This document shows positions 41,980 to 51,988 of a stretch of DNA of 64,000 nt, in pieces. Source of the stretch: a bacterium (GTDB lineage: Bacteria; UBA8248). The stretch lies in contig OZ241326.1 of assembly GCA_965199855.1 (NCBI GenBank), positions 512,001 to 576,000 on the forward strand, in the 5' to 3' direction. The position numbers and the translations under genes are program-made. Every line of letters starts with the position of its first letter. Position 1 is the stretch's first letter. Under the pieces are notes generated by a model that saw only the letters and a program-made list of their open reading frames with translations, did no database searches and had not been told where the DNA came from.

Positions 41980-43185
41980 GTGAAGTTTTCCTTCTTCATG
42001 ATGCCGCTTCACCATCCCTCCGAGAATCCCTCGCTCGCCTACCAGCGCGACGTCTCGCTCATCGAATACGCGGACGCGCTCGATTTCGACGAGTTCTACA
42101 TCGGAGAGCACCATTCCGGCGGCTGGGAGACGATTCCCGCCCCGGAGATGGCGCTCGCCATGGCGGCCGCCCGCGCGCAGCGGATTCGTCTGGGCACCTC
42201 GGTGATCAGCCTCCCCTTTCACCACCCGTTTCACGTGGCGGAGCGGATGGCGTTTCTGGATCAGCTCACCCGGGGGCGCGTCATCCTGGGCGTGGGGCCG
42301 AGCAATCTGGCGAGCGACATCAAGCTGTTCGGCGTCCCGCCGGGGGACCTGCGCCCGATGATGCGCGAATCGGTGGACGTCATCGTCAGGCTGCTGGAGG
42401 CGCCCGAGCCGTTCGACTACGAGGGCCGGTTCTGGAAGCTGCGGGACGCGCGCCTCCAGGTGCGCTCCTACCAGAGCCCGAGAATGCCGCTCGCCATCGC
42501 CACGGCGGGAAGCCGGGGCGCGATCGAACTGGCCGCCGAATACGGGATGATTCTGCTCTCCCTGGGCGGCGGGAGAATCGGGGACAACCTCCCGCTCTCC
42601 GAGCAGTGGCCCTACATGGAGGAATGCGCGCGAAAGCGCGGGGCGCGGGTCTCGCGCGAGAACTGGAGAATCGCCACGCATGTGCATCTGGCCGAAAGCC
42701 GGGAGAAGGCCTGGGCTGAGGTCGAGGAAGCCGCCATGCGCGACATGGACTACTTCATGGACATCGGTCTCAAGCCCGCCTACGAGGCGCATCCGGATCA
42801 GCCGCGCTCGGAGATCACGCCGCGGATGGCCGCCGAGCGGCGCAGCTGGATCGTGGGCACGCCGGACGACGCCATCGAGACGATCGAGAAAATCCGGGAG
42901 GAGACGGGCGGCTTCGGCGGCCTCATGCTGACGACGCACGAATGGGCGGGCGATCAGAAGATCAGGGCGTCCCTCGAGTTGTTCGCCCGATACGTGATGC
43001 CGCACTTCAGAGGGCACACGCGGGATTTGAAGGCGGAATGGGGCAGGCTCCGGAAGGACGCGGCGGAGGGGAAGCTGCCCCCGCAGGGAGGGACGCCCTC
43101 CTGGGAGGCGCCCGGGTGGGAAGGACACAGGAGCAGTCTGTTCACCTATCCGCCCGAGCCCGGGGATTTCCCCAGGACGGATTAG
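41980..43185 (+). CDS. LLM-class flavin-dependent oxidoreductase (limonene monooxygenase LimB-like)
   Basis: ENP.LA..RD..LIE, IGEHHSGGWETI, SLPFHHPFHVAERMAFLDQLTRGR; GTG start. Confidence 0.85.
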   Translation: MKFSFFMMPLHHPSENPSLAYQRDVSLIEYADALDFDEFYIGEHHSGGWETIPAPEMALAMAAARAQRIRLGTSVISLPFHHPFHVAERMAFLDQLTRGRVILGVGPSNLASDIKLFGVPPGDLRPMMRESVDVIVRLLEAPEPFDYEGRFWKLRDARLQVRSYQSPRMPLAIATAGSRGAIELAAEYGMILLSLGGGRIGDNLPLSEQWPYMEECARKRGARVSRENWRIATHVHLAESREKAWAEVEEAAMRDMDYFMDIGLKPAYEAHPDQPRSEITPRMAAERRSWIVGTPDDAIETIEKIREETGGFGGLMLTTHEWAGDQKIRASLELFARYVMPHFRGHTRDLKAEWGRLRKDAAEGKLPPQGGTPSWEAPGWEGHRSSLFTYPPEPGDFPRTD

Positions 43186-43289
43186 GGCGGAGCGGGAGGC
43201 GGCCGCCCCGCGCCGGATGTGGTATCGTCGAAGCGGACGGGGCGGAGCGGCGCGCCCCTTGAGCCGCGCGAGGATGAGGGCCCCGGAAT

Positions 43290-44201
43290 ATGAGCGTTTC
43301 GTTTTCGGGCGAGGCTGTGGACGCGAAGGACGCCCTGCTCGTCGTGGCGTTCGCCGGATGGAACGACGCGGCGGAGTCCGCGACGATGGCGGCGCGCTAC
43401 CTCGTCCGGCGCTTTCGGGGGAGGCGGGTGGCGAGGATTCAGCCGGATGACTTTTTCCAGTTCTCGGATCACAGGCCCCTCGTCAGGATCGGCGAATCCG
43501 GCGAGCGGCGCATCGCGTGGCCGTCGAACGAGTTTTTCCACTGCCGGACGCCCGCGCGCGACCTGATCGTCGGAGTCGGGGTCGAACCCCACCTGAAATG
43601 GAAGCGCTTCGGCCGCGGCGTGTTGGAGGTAGGGAGTCGCTTCGGCGCGCGGATGATGGTGACGCTGGGCGCGCTGCTGGCGGGCGGACTGCACACCCAG
43701 CCCAGCCATCTGGTGGCCGTCGCCACCGACCCGGCGTTGCTCGCGCCCTCGGGCGTGGAGACGACGCGCTACGAGGGCCCCACGGGAATCGTGGGCGTCA
43801 TCCACGCGCTGATGCAGGACGAGGGGCTTCCCGCCGTGAGCCTGTGGGCGAACGTGCCGCACTACATCGCCTCCCTCTCCAACCCGAAGGCGGCGCGCGC
43901 CCTGCTGGAGAGCCTGGGCGCCGTGGGCGGCTTCGAGGTCTCCCTGGGGGACTTCGACGACGCCATCCGGGCGTTCGACGAGAAGGTGGAGAAGATGGTC
44001 GCCGGGGATCCCCGCATCGCCAAATACGTGGACGACGTTCAGAAGGGCCAGATCCCCGACGAGATTCCGGGGCTGGACTTCGACGACTCCCTCGAGCCGG
44101 AGCCCGACGAGCCGGAGGACTCTCTGCCCCCCGGCGACCAGGTGGCCGACGAGATAGAGCGTCTGATGAGGCGAAGGCCCGGCGGGCCGGAGCCGGATTG
44201 A
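43290..44201 (+). CDS. PAC2 (proteasome assembly chaperone) family protein
   Basis: AFAGWNDAAESAT, EPHLKW, TLGALL, YEGPTGIVG, SLWANVPHY...NPKAA. Confidence 0.85.
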   Translation: MSVSFSGEAVDAKDALLVVAFAGWNDAAESATMAARYLVRRFRGRRVARIQPDDFFQFSDHRPLVRIGESGERRIAWPSNEFFHCRTPARDLIVGVGVEPHLKWKRFGRGVLEVGSRFGARMMVTLGALLAGGLHTQPSHLVAVATDPALLAPSGVETTRYEGPTGIVGVIHALMQDEGLPAVSLWANVPHYIASLSNPKAARALLESLGAVGGFEVSLGDFDDAIRAFDEKVEKMVAGDPRIAKYVDDVQKGQIPDEIPGLDFDDSLEPEPDEPEDSLPPGDQVADEIERLMRRRPGGPEPD

Positions 44202-44252
44202 GCCGGCGGCGCGCGCCCGGGAGCGTGAACTTCCCGCAGTCGGAGGCTTCTG

Positions 44253-46583
44253 ATGCCGGAGCGCTTCTACCAGGAGATGTTCGGCGGGCCCGATGACGGC
44301 GGGGACCTCATCGGCGCCGACGTTCCCCGCGTGGACGGCCCCCCCAAGGCGGACGGCTCGCCCGTGTTCTCGGCGGATCACCGGCTGGTCAATCCGCTCT
44401 ACGTCGTTCCCGTCACGGCGCCCGTCGCGTGCGGGACGCTGGAGCGCATAGACGCGGGGGCGGCGGAGAGGGCGCCGGGCGTCGCCTGCGTGCTGACCGC
44501 GAAGGACATTCCCGGCCGGAAGGTTTACGGGATGCTGGTCGCGGATCAGCCGGCGCTCGTGGAGGAGCGCATCTACTCGCTTCAGGACGTCGTGGCGATC
44601 GTGGCGGCGGAGACGCCGGAGCAGGCGGAGTTCGCCGCCGGGCTGGTGAAGATGAAGGCGAAGGCGCTTCCCGCCGTGTTCGACGCGCTGGACGCCCTGA
44701 AGGAGGACGCCCCCCTCGTCCGGCCCGGGCATCCGATGGCCAAGGGCAACGTGCTGACCCACCTGAAGATTCGCAAGGGCGACGTGGAGGAGGGCTTCGC
44801 CCGGGCGGCCGTGGTCCTGGAAAACACCTATGAAACCCAGTTCATCGACCACGCCTACCTGGAGCCCGACGCGGGCTACGTGGTTCCCAACCCCGACGGC
44901 TCCATCACCTGCACGGGGCCTACCCAGTGCCCGCACATGGTGCGGCGCGTCATCGCTCCGGTGCTGGGGCTGGGGCAGAACGAGATTCGGTTCCTCTCCA
45001 CGCCGCCCGGCGGCGGCTTCGGCGGCAAGGAGGAGACCTCCATCGAAATCGCCATGCGGGCGGGCCTGGTCGCGCTCAGGACGCGCCGCCCCGCCATCTA
45101 CAACTACGCGCGGGAGGAGTCCCTCGGCGGCAAGGCGAAGCGCGTGCCCGCGGTGATTCGCCACAAAATCGGCGCCAGAAAAGACGGGACGATCACCGCC
45201 ATGCGCGTCCACGTCTATCTGAACAAGGGCCCCTACGCGGCGGTGGGCCCCGGCATCATCAAGAAGCTCATCATCCACTCCTCGGGCGCGTATGAGTGCG
45301 AAAACGTCTGGGCCGACGGCTATCTCGTGCTCACGAACAACATCAACACGTGCGCCATGCGCGGGCTGGGCGTTCCCCAGGTGCATTTCGCGATCGAGAG
45401 CCAGATAGACGAGCTGGCGCGCGCGCTGGAGATGGACCCCTTCGGGCTGAGGCGGCTGAACGGCTACCGGCCCGGCTCCTCCACCGCGACCCGCCAGGTG
45501 CTGGATCAGAGCGTGGGCTACATGGAGTGCCTCGACAGGGCGGAGGAGGCGCTCGGGCCGCATCCCCGGGAGGAGGCGAACGGCGACGGGCTTTTGCGCG
45601 GGCGCGGCGTGGCGGGGTTCTGGTATTCCACGGGCGCGGCGGCGCCCTCGGATTCGTGCGGCGCCCAGGTTCACGTCACCGACGACGGGAAGGTGCAGGT
45701 GGGCGTCGGCATCATCGAGCTCGGGCAGGGCGCGCACACCGTTCTCGCCCAGATAGCGGCGGAGGCCATGGGCGTGCGCTTCGAGGACGTGCGCGTCATG
45801 CAGGTGGACACCGACGCCGTTCCCGAGAGCGGCTTCACGGCGGGCTCGCGCTCCACCACGATTCCCGGCAACGCGATATGCGAGGCCGTCGCGGAGGTGC
45901 GGGGCGTCCTGGCGCCCGTGGCGGCGGAGATGCTCGAAGGCGCCGCGGAGGACGTGGCCTTCAGAAACGGCGGCGTCTTCATCAAGAGCGCGCCCGAGCG
46001 CTCGCTCTCCTTCGCCGCGGTGGTCTCCCAGGCGCTTCTGATGGGCAGGCGGATTACCGGCCAGGGCTGGTTCTCGACGGGGCCCCTGACGTTCGACCCC
46101 GAAACCGGCGAGGGCAGGCCGTTCATGGTCTATAGCTACGGCGTCCAGGTGGCGGACGTGGCGGTCGATCCCGCGACCGGAGAGGTCTGGGTGAAGCGCA
46201 TGGTCGCGGCCCACGACGTGGGGCGCGCCATCAACCCCCAGGGGGTGACGGGGCAGATAGAAGGGGGCATCGAGATGGGCATCGGACAGGCGCTGATCGA
46301 GGAGGTCGAAGTCCGCGAGGGCCGCGTGCTCACGCCCGATCTGGCGCGATACGAGATTCCCGTCTCGATGGACACGCCGGAGTTCACCACCATCATCGTG
46401 GAGGCGGCCAACGAGACCGGCCCCTACGGCGCCAAGGGCGTAGGGGAAAGCGCCCTGGTTCCCACCCTCGCCGCCGTCTCCAACGCCGTGCGCGACGCCG
46501 TGGGCCATCGCTTCACCCGGCTGCCCATCACGCCGGAGAGCGTCGCCATGGCGGTTCGCGGGGAAGCCGCCGGCGCCGCTTGA
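44253..46583 (+). CDS. Xanthine dehydrogenase family molybdopterin-binding large subunit
   Basis: HAYLEP, TQCP, GGGFGGK, AMRGLG.PQ, ELGQG, GSRST, HDVGRAINP..V.GQIEGG, AKGVGE. Confidence 0.92.
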   Translation: MPERFYQEMFGGPDDGGDLIGADVPRVDGPPKADGSPVFSADHRLVNPLYVVPVTAPVACGTLERIDAGAAERAPGVACVLTAKDIPGRKVYGMLVADQPALVEERIYSLQDVVAIVAAETPEQAEFAAGLVKMKAKALPAVFDALDALKEDAPLVRPGHPMAKGNVLTHLKIRKGDVEEGFARAAVVLENTYETQFIDHAYLEPDAGYVVPNPDGSITCTGPTQCPHMVRRVIAPVLGLGQNEIRFLSTPPGGGFGGKEETSIEIAMRAGLVALRTRRPAIYNYAREESLGGKAKRVPAVIRHKIGARKDGTITAMRVHVYLNKGPYAAVGPGIIKKLIIHSSGAYECENVWADGYLVLTNNINTCAMRGLGVPQVHFAIESQIDELARALEMDPFGLRRLNGYRPGSSTATRQVLDQSVGYMECLDRAEEALGPHPREEANGDGLLRGRGVAGFWYSTGAAAPSDSCGAQVHVTDDGKVQVGVGIIELGQGAHTVLAQIAAEAMGVRFEDVRVMQVDTDAVPESGFTAGSRSTTIPGNAICEAVAEVRGVLAPVAAEMLEGAAEDVAFRNGGVFIKSAPERSLSFAAVVSQALLMGRRITGQGWFSTGPLTFDPETGEGRPFMVYSYGVQVADVAVDPATGEVWVKRMVAAHDVGRAINPQGVTGQIEGGIEMGIGQALIEEVEVREGRVLTPDLARYEIPVSMDTPEFTTIIVEAANETGPYGAKGVGESALVPTLAAVSNAVRDAVGHRFTRLPITPESVAMAVRGEAAGAA

Positions 46584-46667
46584 GCCTTCCGGAGCGCCAG
46601 ACGGGCCGGGCGGCGCGCGCGCCCGGCTTCGCCTTCTCTCCGGCGGCGGGGCGGGAATGAGGGCGCG

Positions 46668-47735
46668 ATGCGCGCGTTCGTGATGGCGGCGGGCTACGGC
46701 AGGAGGCTCGGCGGGCTGGGCGAGGAGGTTCCGAAGCCGCTTCTGCCCCTGGGCGGCGCGCCGCTCATCGACTTCGCCCTGGCGAAGCTGGCGGCCGTCG
46801 GCGCGCGGGAGGCGGCCGTCAACCTGCATCACGGCGCGGAGAGGATTCGCTCCGCCGTGGGCGATCGCGCGCGCGGGGTGGACGTTCGCTATTTCCACGA
46901 GCCGGAAATTCTGGGCACCGCCGGCGGGCTCAAGAACGCGGAATCGTTCCTGCGCGGGGTGGACGAGCCTTTTTTCGTCCTGAACGCGGACGCGCCGTGC
47001 GGCGCCGATCTCGAAGCGGCGCTCGGGCATCATCGGGAAGGCGGCTTTCTCGCCACGCTCATTCTCCGGGAATCGCCGGAGGCGCGCGAATACGGCGAGC
47101 TCGCCTTCGACGAGGCGGGACGCCTGCGGAGGTTTCTCGGCGCGCGCGCGCCGGGCGCCCCGCGGGGGGAATCGCGCGCGGCCATGTTCACCGGCCTGAG
47201 CGTCATGTCCCCCGAAATGCTGGATCACGTTCCCGCGGGCGCCGCTTCGGATATTTCCAAGGAAATCTACCCGCGCCTGCTGGAGAGCGGCGCGCGCCTC
47301 GGAGCGGTTTCTACCCGCGCCTACTGGATCGACGCGGGCGCGCCCTCCCGGTATCTGCGGGCGAACGCGGACGTCCTCTCGGGCGCGTTCACGCCGGATT
47401 TCGTCTGGCCGCCCGAGGGCTTCGTGCTGATCGAAGGCCCCCCGGTGGAATGGGGAGAGGGCTGGATCGATCCGCCCGCGCTGACGGCGCCCGACGCCTC
47501 GCTCGGGCGGGGCGCCAGGGCGGGGCCCTTCACCGTCCTCATGGAGGGTGCTACGCTTGAAGGGGGCGCCGCCGCGCGGGAAACCGTCGTCTTTCCGGGC
47601 GGCGCCGTCGGCGCGGGCTCCACGCTGGAGCGGTGCGTCGTCGGGCCCGGCGCCCGGGCGCCGGCGGGGGGCGCGGCCGTCCGCCGGACGGTTTTTCTGA
47701 GCGGCGGGCGGGGCCCGGAGAGCTTCGCCGCGTGA
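46668..47735 (+). CDS. NDP-sugar pyrophosphorylase family (MurU/mannose-1-P guanylyltransferase-like)
   Basis: MAAGYGRRL...PKPLLP, NLHH, EPEILGTAGG, LNAD; C-terminal beta-helix-like repeats. Confidence 0.85.
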   Translation: MRAFVMAAGYGRRLGGLGEEVPKPLLPLGGAPLIDFALAKLAAVGAREAAVNLHHGAERIRSAVGDRARGVDVRYFHEPEILGTAGGLKNAESFLRGVDEPFFVLNADAPCGADLEAALGHHREGGFLATLILRESPEAREYGELAFDEAGRLRRFLGARAPGAPRGESRAAMFTGLSVMSPEMLDHVPAGAASDISKEIYPRLLESGARLGAVSTRAYWIDAGAPSRYLRANADVLSGAFTPDFVWPPEGFVLIEGPPVEWGEGWIDPPALTAPDASLGRGARAGPFTVLMEGATLEGGAAARETVVFPGGAVGAGSTLERCVVGPGARAPAGGAAVRRTVFLSGGRGPESFAA

Positions 47736-47788
47736 GTCGATGAAGCCCCGCGCCTCATCGGAAGAGCGAGCCGCTGAAGGAGCCGGCC

Positions 47789-49381
47789 ATGAAGACGCCT
47801 CTCGCCGCCGGGCGCTCCCCCGTGTTCGCCGCCGGCGGCATGGTGGCGACCAGCCAGCCCCTCGCCGCCGGGGCGGGCCTCCACGTTCTGAGAGAGGGCG
47901 GAAACGCGGTGGACGCGGCCATCGCCGCCGCCGCCGCCCTGAACGTGGTGGAGCCGCAGTCCACGGGGATGGGCGGGGACATGTTCATGCTCTGCTGGGA
48001 CGCCGGCGAGAGGAAGCTCCTCGGCCTGAACGGTAGCGGAAGGAGCCCGGCCAAGGCCGCCCCGTCGCGCTACCGGGAGTTCTCCTCCATGCCGGAGGCG
48101 GGGATTCTCTCCTGCACCCTGCCCGGCGCGGTGGACGGCTGGTTCGCCGCCCTCGAGCGGTGCGGCGGGGGGCGGATGGACATGGCGGCGCTTCTCGCGC
48201 CGGCGATTCGATACGCGGAGGAGGGCTTCCCCGTCTCTCCCGTCATCGGGCGGGCGTGGGCGAACCAGACGGAGAAGCTGAAGGCGTGCGAATACTCGCG
48301 CCGGACCTACCTGCCCGCCGGCCGCGCGCCCCGGATTGGGGAGAAATTCCGCAACCCGAGGCTGGCCGCGTCGCTCAGGGCGATAGCCGAGGGCGGCCGC
48401 GAGGCCTTCTACGAGGGCCCGATAGCGCGGGAGATCGTCCGCCACGCGAAGGCGCTCGGCGGCCTGTTCGAGCTGGAGGACTTCGCCGCCGTGAAGTGCG
48501 CGTGGACGGAGCCGGTTCGCGCGAGCTACCGCGGCTTCGAGCTTTGCGAGATGCCGCCTCCGGGGCAGGGCGTCGCCGCGCTGATGTGCCTGAACCTTCT
48601 GGAGGCGTATCCCCTGGCGGAGATGGGCCGGGGCTCGGCCGACCATCTCCACGTCATGATCGAGGCGATGAAGCTCGCCTTCGCCGACAGGGATCGCCAC
48701 GTGGCGGACGCGGAGAAGGCGGAAGTCCCCCTGAAGGGGCTTTTGTCCCGCGAATACGCGGCGGAGCGGCGGGCGCTCATCGACGGGAAGAAGGCGGGGT
48801 CGCCCGGCGCCGGAAGCCCCCGGGCCTGGAGCGACACGGTGTATCTCGCGACGGCGGACGCCCGGGGCGGCATGTGCTCGTTCATCAACAGCCTGTTCCA
48901 TCATTTCGGCTCGGGCGTCACCGGGGGCGAGACGGGAATCGTGCTTCAGAACAGGGGCAGCGGCTTCGTTCTGGAGGAGGGCCACCCGAACTGCGTCGCG
49001 CCGGAGAAGCGGCCCCTGCACACCATCATCCCCGGCTTCGTGATGCGGGAGGGCGAGCCCTGGATGAGCTTCGGCGTCATGGGGGGCGACATGCAGCCCC
49101 AGGGCCACGCGCAGGTTCTCTCGAACATGGTGGATTTCGGCATGGACGTTCAGGAGGCCATCGACGCGCCCCGCTTCCGCGTTCTGGGCGGCCTGGAGGT
49201 GGCCATAGAGCGCGGGGCTTCCGAGGACGCGCTTCGGACGCTCGAGTCGCGCGGCCACGCCGTCCGCCGCGCCGGGGGCTACGAGGGCTTCGGCGGAGGG
49301 CAGGGAATCGTCCGGCTCGACGACGGCGTGTTCATGGGCGGCTCCGACCACCGACGGGACGGATGCGCCGTCGGCTTCTAG
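47789..49381 (+). CDS. ggt: Gamma-glutamyltransferase family protein
   Basis: VATSQPLA, GGNAVDAAIA, D-T nucleophile (DTVYL), LQNRG, KRPLHTIIPG, GVMGG.MQPQGH. Confidence 0.92.
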   Translation: MKTPLAAGRSPVFAAGGMVATSQPLAAGAGLHVLREGGNAVDAAIAAAAALNVVEPQSTGMGGDMFMLCWDAGERKLLGLNGSGRSPAKAAPSRYREFSSMPEAGILSCTLPGAVDGWFAALERCGGGRMDMAALLAPAIRYAEEGFPVSPVIGRAWANQTEKLKACEYSRRTYLPAGRAPRIGEKFRNPRLAASLRAIAEGGREAFYEGPIAREIVRHAKALGGLFELEDFAAVKCAWTEPVRASYRGFELCEMPPPGQGVAALMCLNLLEAYPLAEMGRGSADHLHVMIEAMKLAFADRDRHVADAEKAEVPLKGLLSREYAAERRALIDGKKAGSPGAGSPRAWSDTVYLATADARGGMCSFINSLFHHFGSGVTGGETGIVLQNRGSGFVLEEGHPNCVAPEKRPLHTIIPGFVMREGEPWMSFGVMGGDMQPQGHAQVLSNMVDFGMDVQEAIDAPRFRVLGGLEVAIERGASEDALRTLESRGHAVRRAGGYEGFGGGQGIVRLDDGVFMGGSDHRRDGCAVGF

Positions 49382-49437
49382 GTGCTCGGGGCGCTCGCCC
49401 CGAAGCGGAGTCCGGCGGCGGCGGGAGGCTTTTCGCC

Positions 49438-50298
49438 ATGCGGCTTCCGGCGGCGATTCTGGCGGCGGCGCTTTGCCTGGCCGCCGGACCCGCGGCGGGG
49501 GCGTCCGGCTGTCCTGGCGAGGGCCGCCCCATGAGCGGCGGCGGCTGGACGCGCCGAGGCTCCCCCCCGATCGAGACGCGAAACGTCCGGCTCCTCTTCG
49601 GGGACGGGATGATCGCGCGCATGACGGCGGTGCGCCTGCGGCATCGGGATTTCCGCGTTCGCCTGCGCTGGCGGGAGAAGTCGGAGCGGCTCTCCCCGGT
49701 CGATCTGGGCGGCCTCGGCAGGCGGCTGGGCGCGGCCGTCGTGCTGAACGCGGGCTATTACGGCGCCGGCGGAAGGCCCCTGGGGTATTTCCGCTCGGGG
49801 GGGCGCGTGTTCAACGCCCGCGTGCTGTATCGGGGGCGGCGCATCGCCCTGCACTTCGGCGCGCTGTTCACGGTCGCGCGGGAGGACGGCGCGCCGGCCA
49901 TCGTCTCCCGCGGGCGGTTCCGGGAGGCGGACGCCGCCGAGGCGCTTCAGGCGGGCCCCCTCCTCGTGAAGGACGGCGCGCCCGTCCCGGGGCTGGCCCG
50001 CTACCGCGAATACGCGCGCCCCGCGCGCAGGACGCTGCTCGCCCTCGACGCGCGCGGGAGGCTCCTCGTCCTGGTGAGCGAGAGCGAGACGCGCGGCGTC
50101 TCCTGGTGCGAGCTTCAGAAATACCTCCTCCTGCCCGAATCGAGGGGCGGCCCCGGCGTCCGCGACGCCATGAACCTGGACGGCGGCGCGAGCTCGCAGC
50201 TCTGGGCGCGCGCCGGGGGGAGGGAGATCCTCATTCCGGGCCGGCCCGTCCCCGCCTTCGTCGTGATCGCCCCGAGAAGGGCGGGCGCGTCTCCTTAG
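49438..50298 (+). CDS. Phosphodiester glycosidase (NAGPA/DUF2233) family exported protein
   Basis: Signal peptide; LNAGYY, QAGPLLV, RRTLL, AMNLDGGASSQL. Confidence 0.8.
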   Translation: MRLPAAILAAALCLAAGPAAGASGCPGEGRPMSGGGWTRRGSPPIETRNVRLLFGDGMIARMTAVRLRHRDFRVRLRWREKSERLSPVDLGGLGRRLGAAVVLNAGYYGAGGRPLGYFRSGGRVFNARVLYRGRRIALHFGALFTVAREDGAPAIVSRGRFREADAAEALQAGPLLVKDGAPVPGLARYREYARPARRTLLALDARGRLLVLVSESETRGVSWCELQKYLLLPESRGGPGVRDAMNLDGGASSQLWARAGGREILIPGRPVPAFVVIAPRRAGASP

Positions 50299-50501
50299 TC
50301 CGCCCCGGAAAACCGGCCTCCCGGCCTCGCAGGTGAAGCGCGAGAGCGCCTCCATTCATGCGTCCCGCCTCGCTTCGCGGCCGCGGGCGGTTCGAGAATT
50401 GTGGGGCGGCCTTGGGGAGGGGTCGCCCCTGCGGGGTCCGCGGCGGGGTTTCTTGGGGCGCCCGGAAGGGTTTCCGTCCGCCGCGAAAGCGATGGATGCG
50501 C

Positions 50502-50600
50502 TTTTGCCAATTTCGACAAAATCAGACAAATTCAAGGCCGATACAGACAAATACGCAGCTATTTCCCGTCCTTTTTCGACCCTTTTGAGACCCCTTTGAG
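50502..50600. repeat. AT-rich patch with helically phased short repeats
   Basis: GACAAA at 50515, 50525, 50546; three tandem 11-mers GTCCTTTTTCG/ACCCTTTTGAG/ACCCCTTTGAG at 50568-50600. Confidence 0.55.
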
Positions 50601-51007
50601 CATCCCGCCCGCCCCCCGGTTCGCCCGCTTCCCTCCCCCCGTGGGCGCACTTCCGCCGCATCGGGAATATACCCCGGCCCGGCGCCATCGCCGCCTCGCA
50701 AATGCGGGCAGTTGCGGGCAAACGCGCGCGCGGTGCCTCCGTGGGGCGTGTCGGCGGCTGGATTCTCGGGGAATGCGCCCGTTTCCGGGCCCCGCCCGCC
50801 GCCCGGCGGGAGGGCGTGGGGGCGGTTCGGGAGCCGTCCGTTTCCGGAGCGACGGCCGAACGGCGGGAGGGATGAGGCCGGGGGGGTGGATTCCGGCGCG
50901 AAAATGAGCGATAATACGCTTTCTCGATCCAGGATTCGTTCTTTCGTTTTCGGGATTCGCATGAGGCGAGAGGCATGTCTTTTCACTATCCAGGGAGGTT
51001 CACGCAG

Positions 51008-51973
51008 ATGAAAACGCATCGCATCCTGTGGCTCGCGCTGGCGGCCGTTCTTTTCGCTTCGCTCCCGCTCGGGCGCGCGTCGGCCGCCTGGCCCGAGAAG
51101 CCGATTCAGTTCATCATTCCCTTCGGCGCCGGCGGCGGCGCGGACATCGAGGGGCGCCTGCTCGCCAAGGAGATGGCGAAGGTGCTCGGCGTTCCCATGG
51201 TGGCCATCAACAAGCCGGGCGCGGGCGGGGCCGTGACCTACACCTTCGTGAAGAATTCCAAGCCCGACGGCTACACGGTGGCCTGGAACTCCACCTCCAT
51301 CCTCACCTCCACGAACATCGGGAACGTGCCGTGGGACTACCACGCCCTCGATCACATCGGGCGGGTGCACTTCCAGCCCCTGGTCGTGGCGGTGAACGCC
51401 AAGTCGAAGTGGCGGACGGCGAAGGATTTCGTGAGCGACTGCAAGAAAAAGCCCGGCACGCTCAAGATCGGCCACGCGGGCACCGGCAGCACCACCCATC
51501 TGACCGCCGTCATCTTCACGAAAATGACGGGCTGCAAGGCCATCCTCATTCCCCTGGGCGTCAAGCGGCGCAACGCCGCGCTTCTGAGCGGCGAGGTGGA
51601 CGCCATGGGCGCGCCCCTGACGGGAGCGGTGCGGCTCTGGAAGGCGAAGAAGTTCCGCATCCTCACGCACCTCACGGGCGAGCGCAACAAGACGATAGCG
51701 AGCGTGCCGACCATGAAGGAGCTCGGCTACGACATCTCCTTCGATCATTTCCGCGGCCTCAGCGTCCCCAAGGGAACGCCCGCCGCGGTGAAGGCGAAGC
51801 TCGTGGACGCCATGGTGAAGGCGGCGCGCTCGAAGTCCTTTCTGAAGCTGGCCGGGACCAAGGGATTCACGGTGGACCCGAGCGGGCCGGAGGATTTCGG
51901 CAAGATGCTCGCCAAGCGCGACAAGATCGTCGCGGACATCATGAAGGCTTCGGGCATCTACCGCTCCAAGTAG
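51008..51973 (+). CDS. Tripartite tricarboxylate transporter substrate-binding protein (TctC/Bug)
   Basis: Signal peptide; WPEKPI.FIIPFGAGGGAD, NKPGAGG, PDGYT, VPKGTP. Confidence 0.92.
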   Translation: MKTHRILWLALAAVLFASLPLGRASAAWPEKPIQFIIPFGAGGGADIEGRLLAKEMAKVLGVPMVAINKPGAGGAVTYTFVKNSKPDGYTVAWNSTSILTSTNIGNVPWDYHALDHIGRVHFQPLVVAVNAKSKWRTAKDFVSDCKKKPGTLKIGHAGTGSTTHLTAVIFTKMTGCKAILIPLGVKRRNAALLSGEVDAMGAPLTGAVRLWKAKKFRILTHLTGERNKTIASVPTMKELGYDISFDHFRGLSVPKGTPAAVKAKLVDAMVKAARSKSFLKLAGTKGFTVDPSGPEDFGKMLAKRDKIVADIMKASGIYRSK

Positions 51974-51988
51974 CGGCCGCGCGCGCAT

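Noticed and set aside
44253-46583. Aerobic CO dehydrogenase CoxL form I
   Set aside because: Active-site loop is AMRGLG, not AYxCSFR
43182-47228. Very long antisense or alternative-frame ORFs (e.g. 43182..47228-, 60778..63801-, 30834..33656-, 9170..11347+)
   Set aside because: Shadow ORFs of high-GC coding DNA: R/A/G/P-rich, no motifs, and they overlap genes with clear family signatures
46668-47735. Nucleotidyltransferase as MocA (Mo cofactor cytidylyltransferase) because it follows the Mo-hydroxylase
   Set aside because: Length and motifs (PKPLLP, NLHH, EILGTAGG, beta-helix tail) fit sugar-1-phosphate nucleotidyltransferases
50714-50760. GGGCAAAC suggestive of a c-di-GMP-I riboswitch (also GGCAAAA near 54187)
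   Set aside because: No GNRA-capped stem or GCAAAGC continuation
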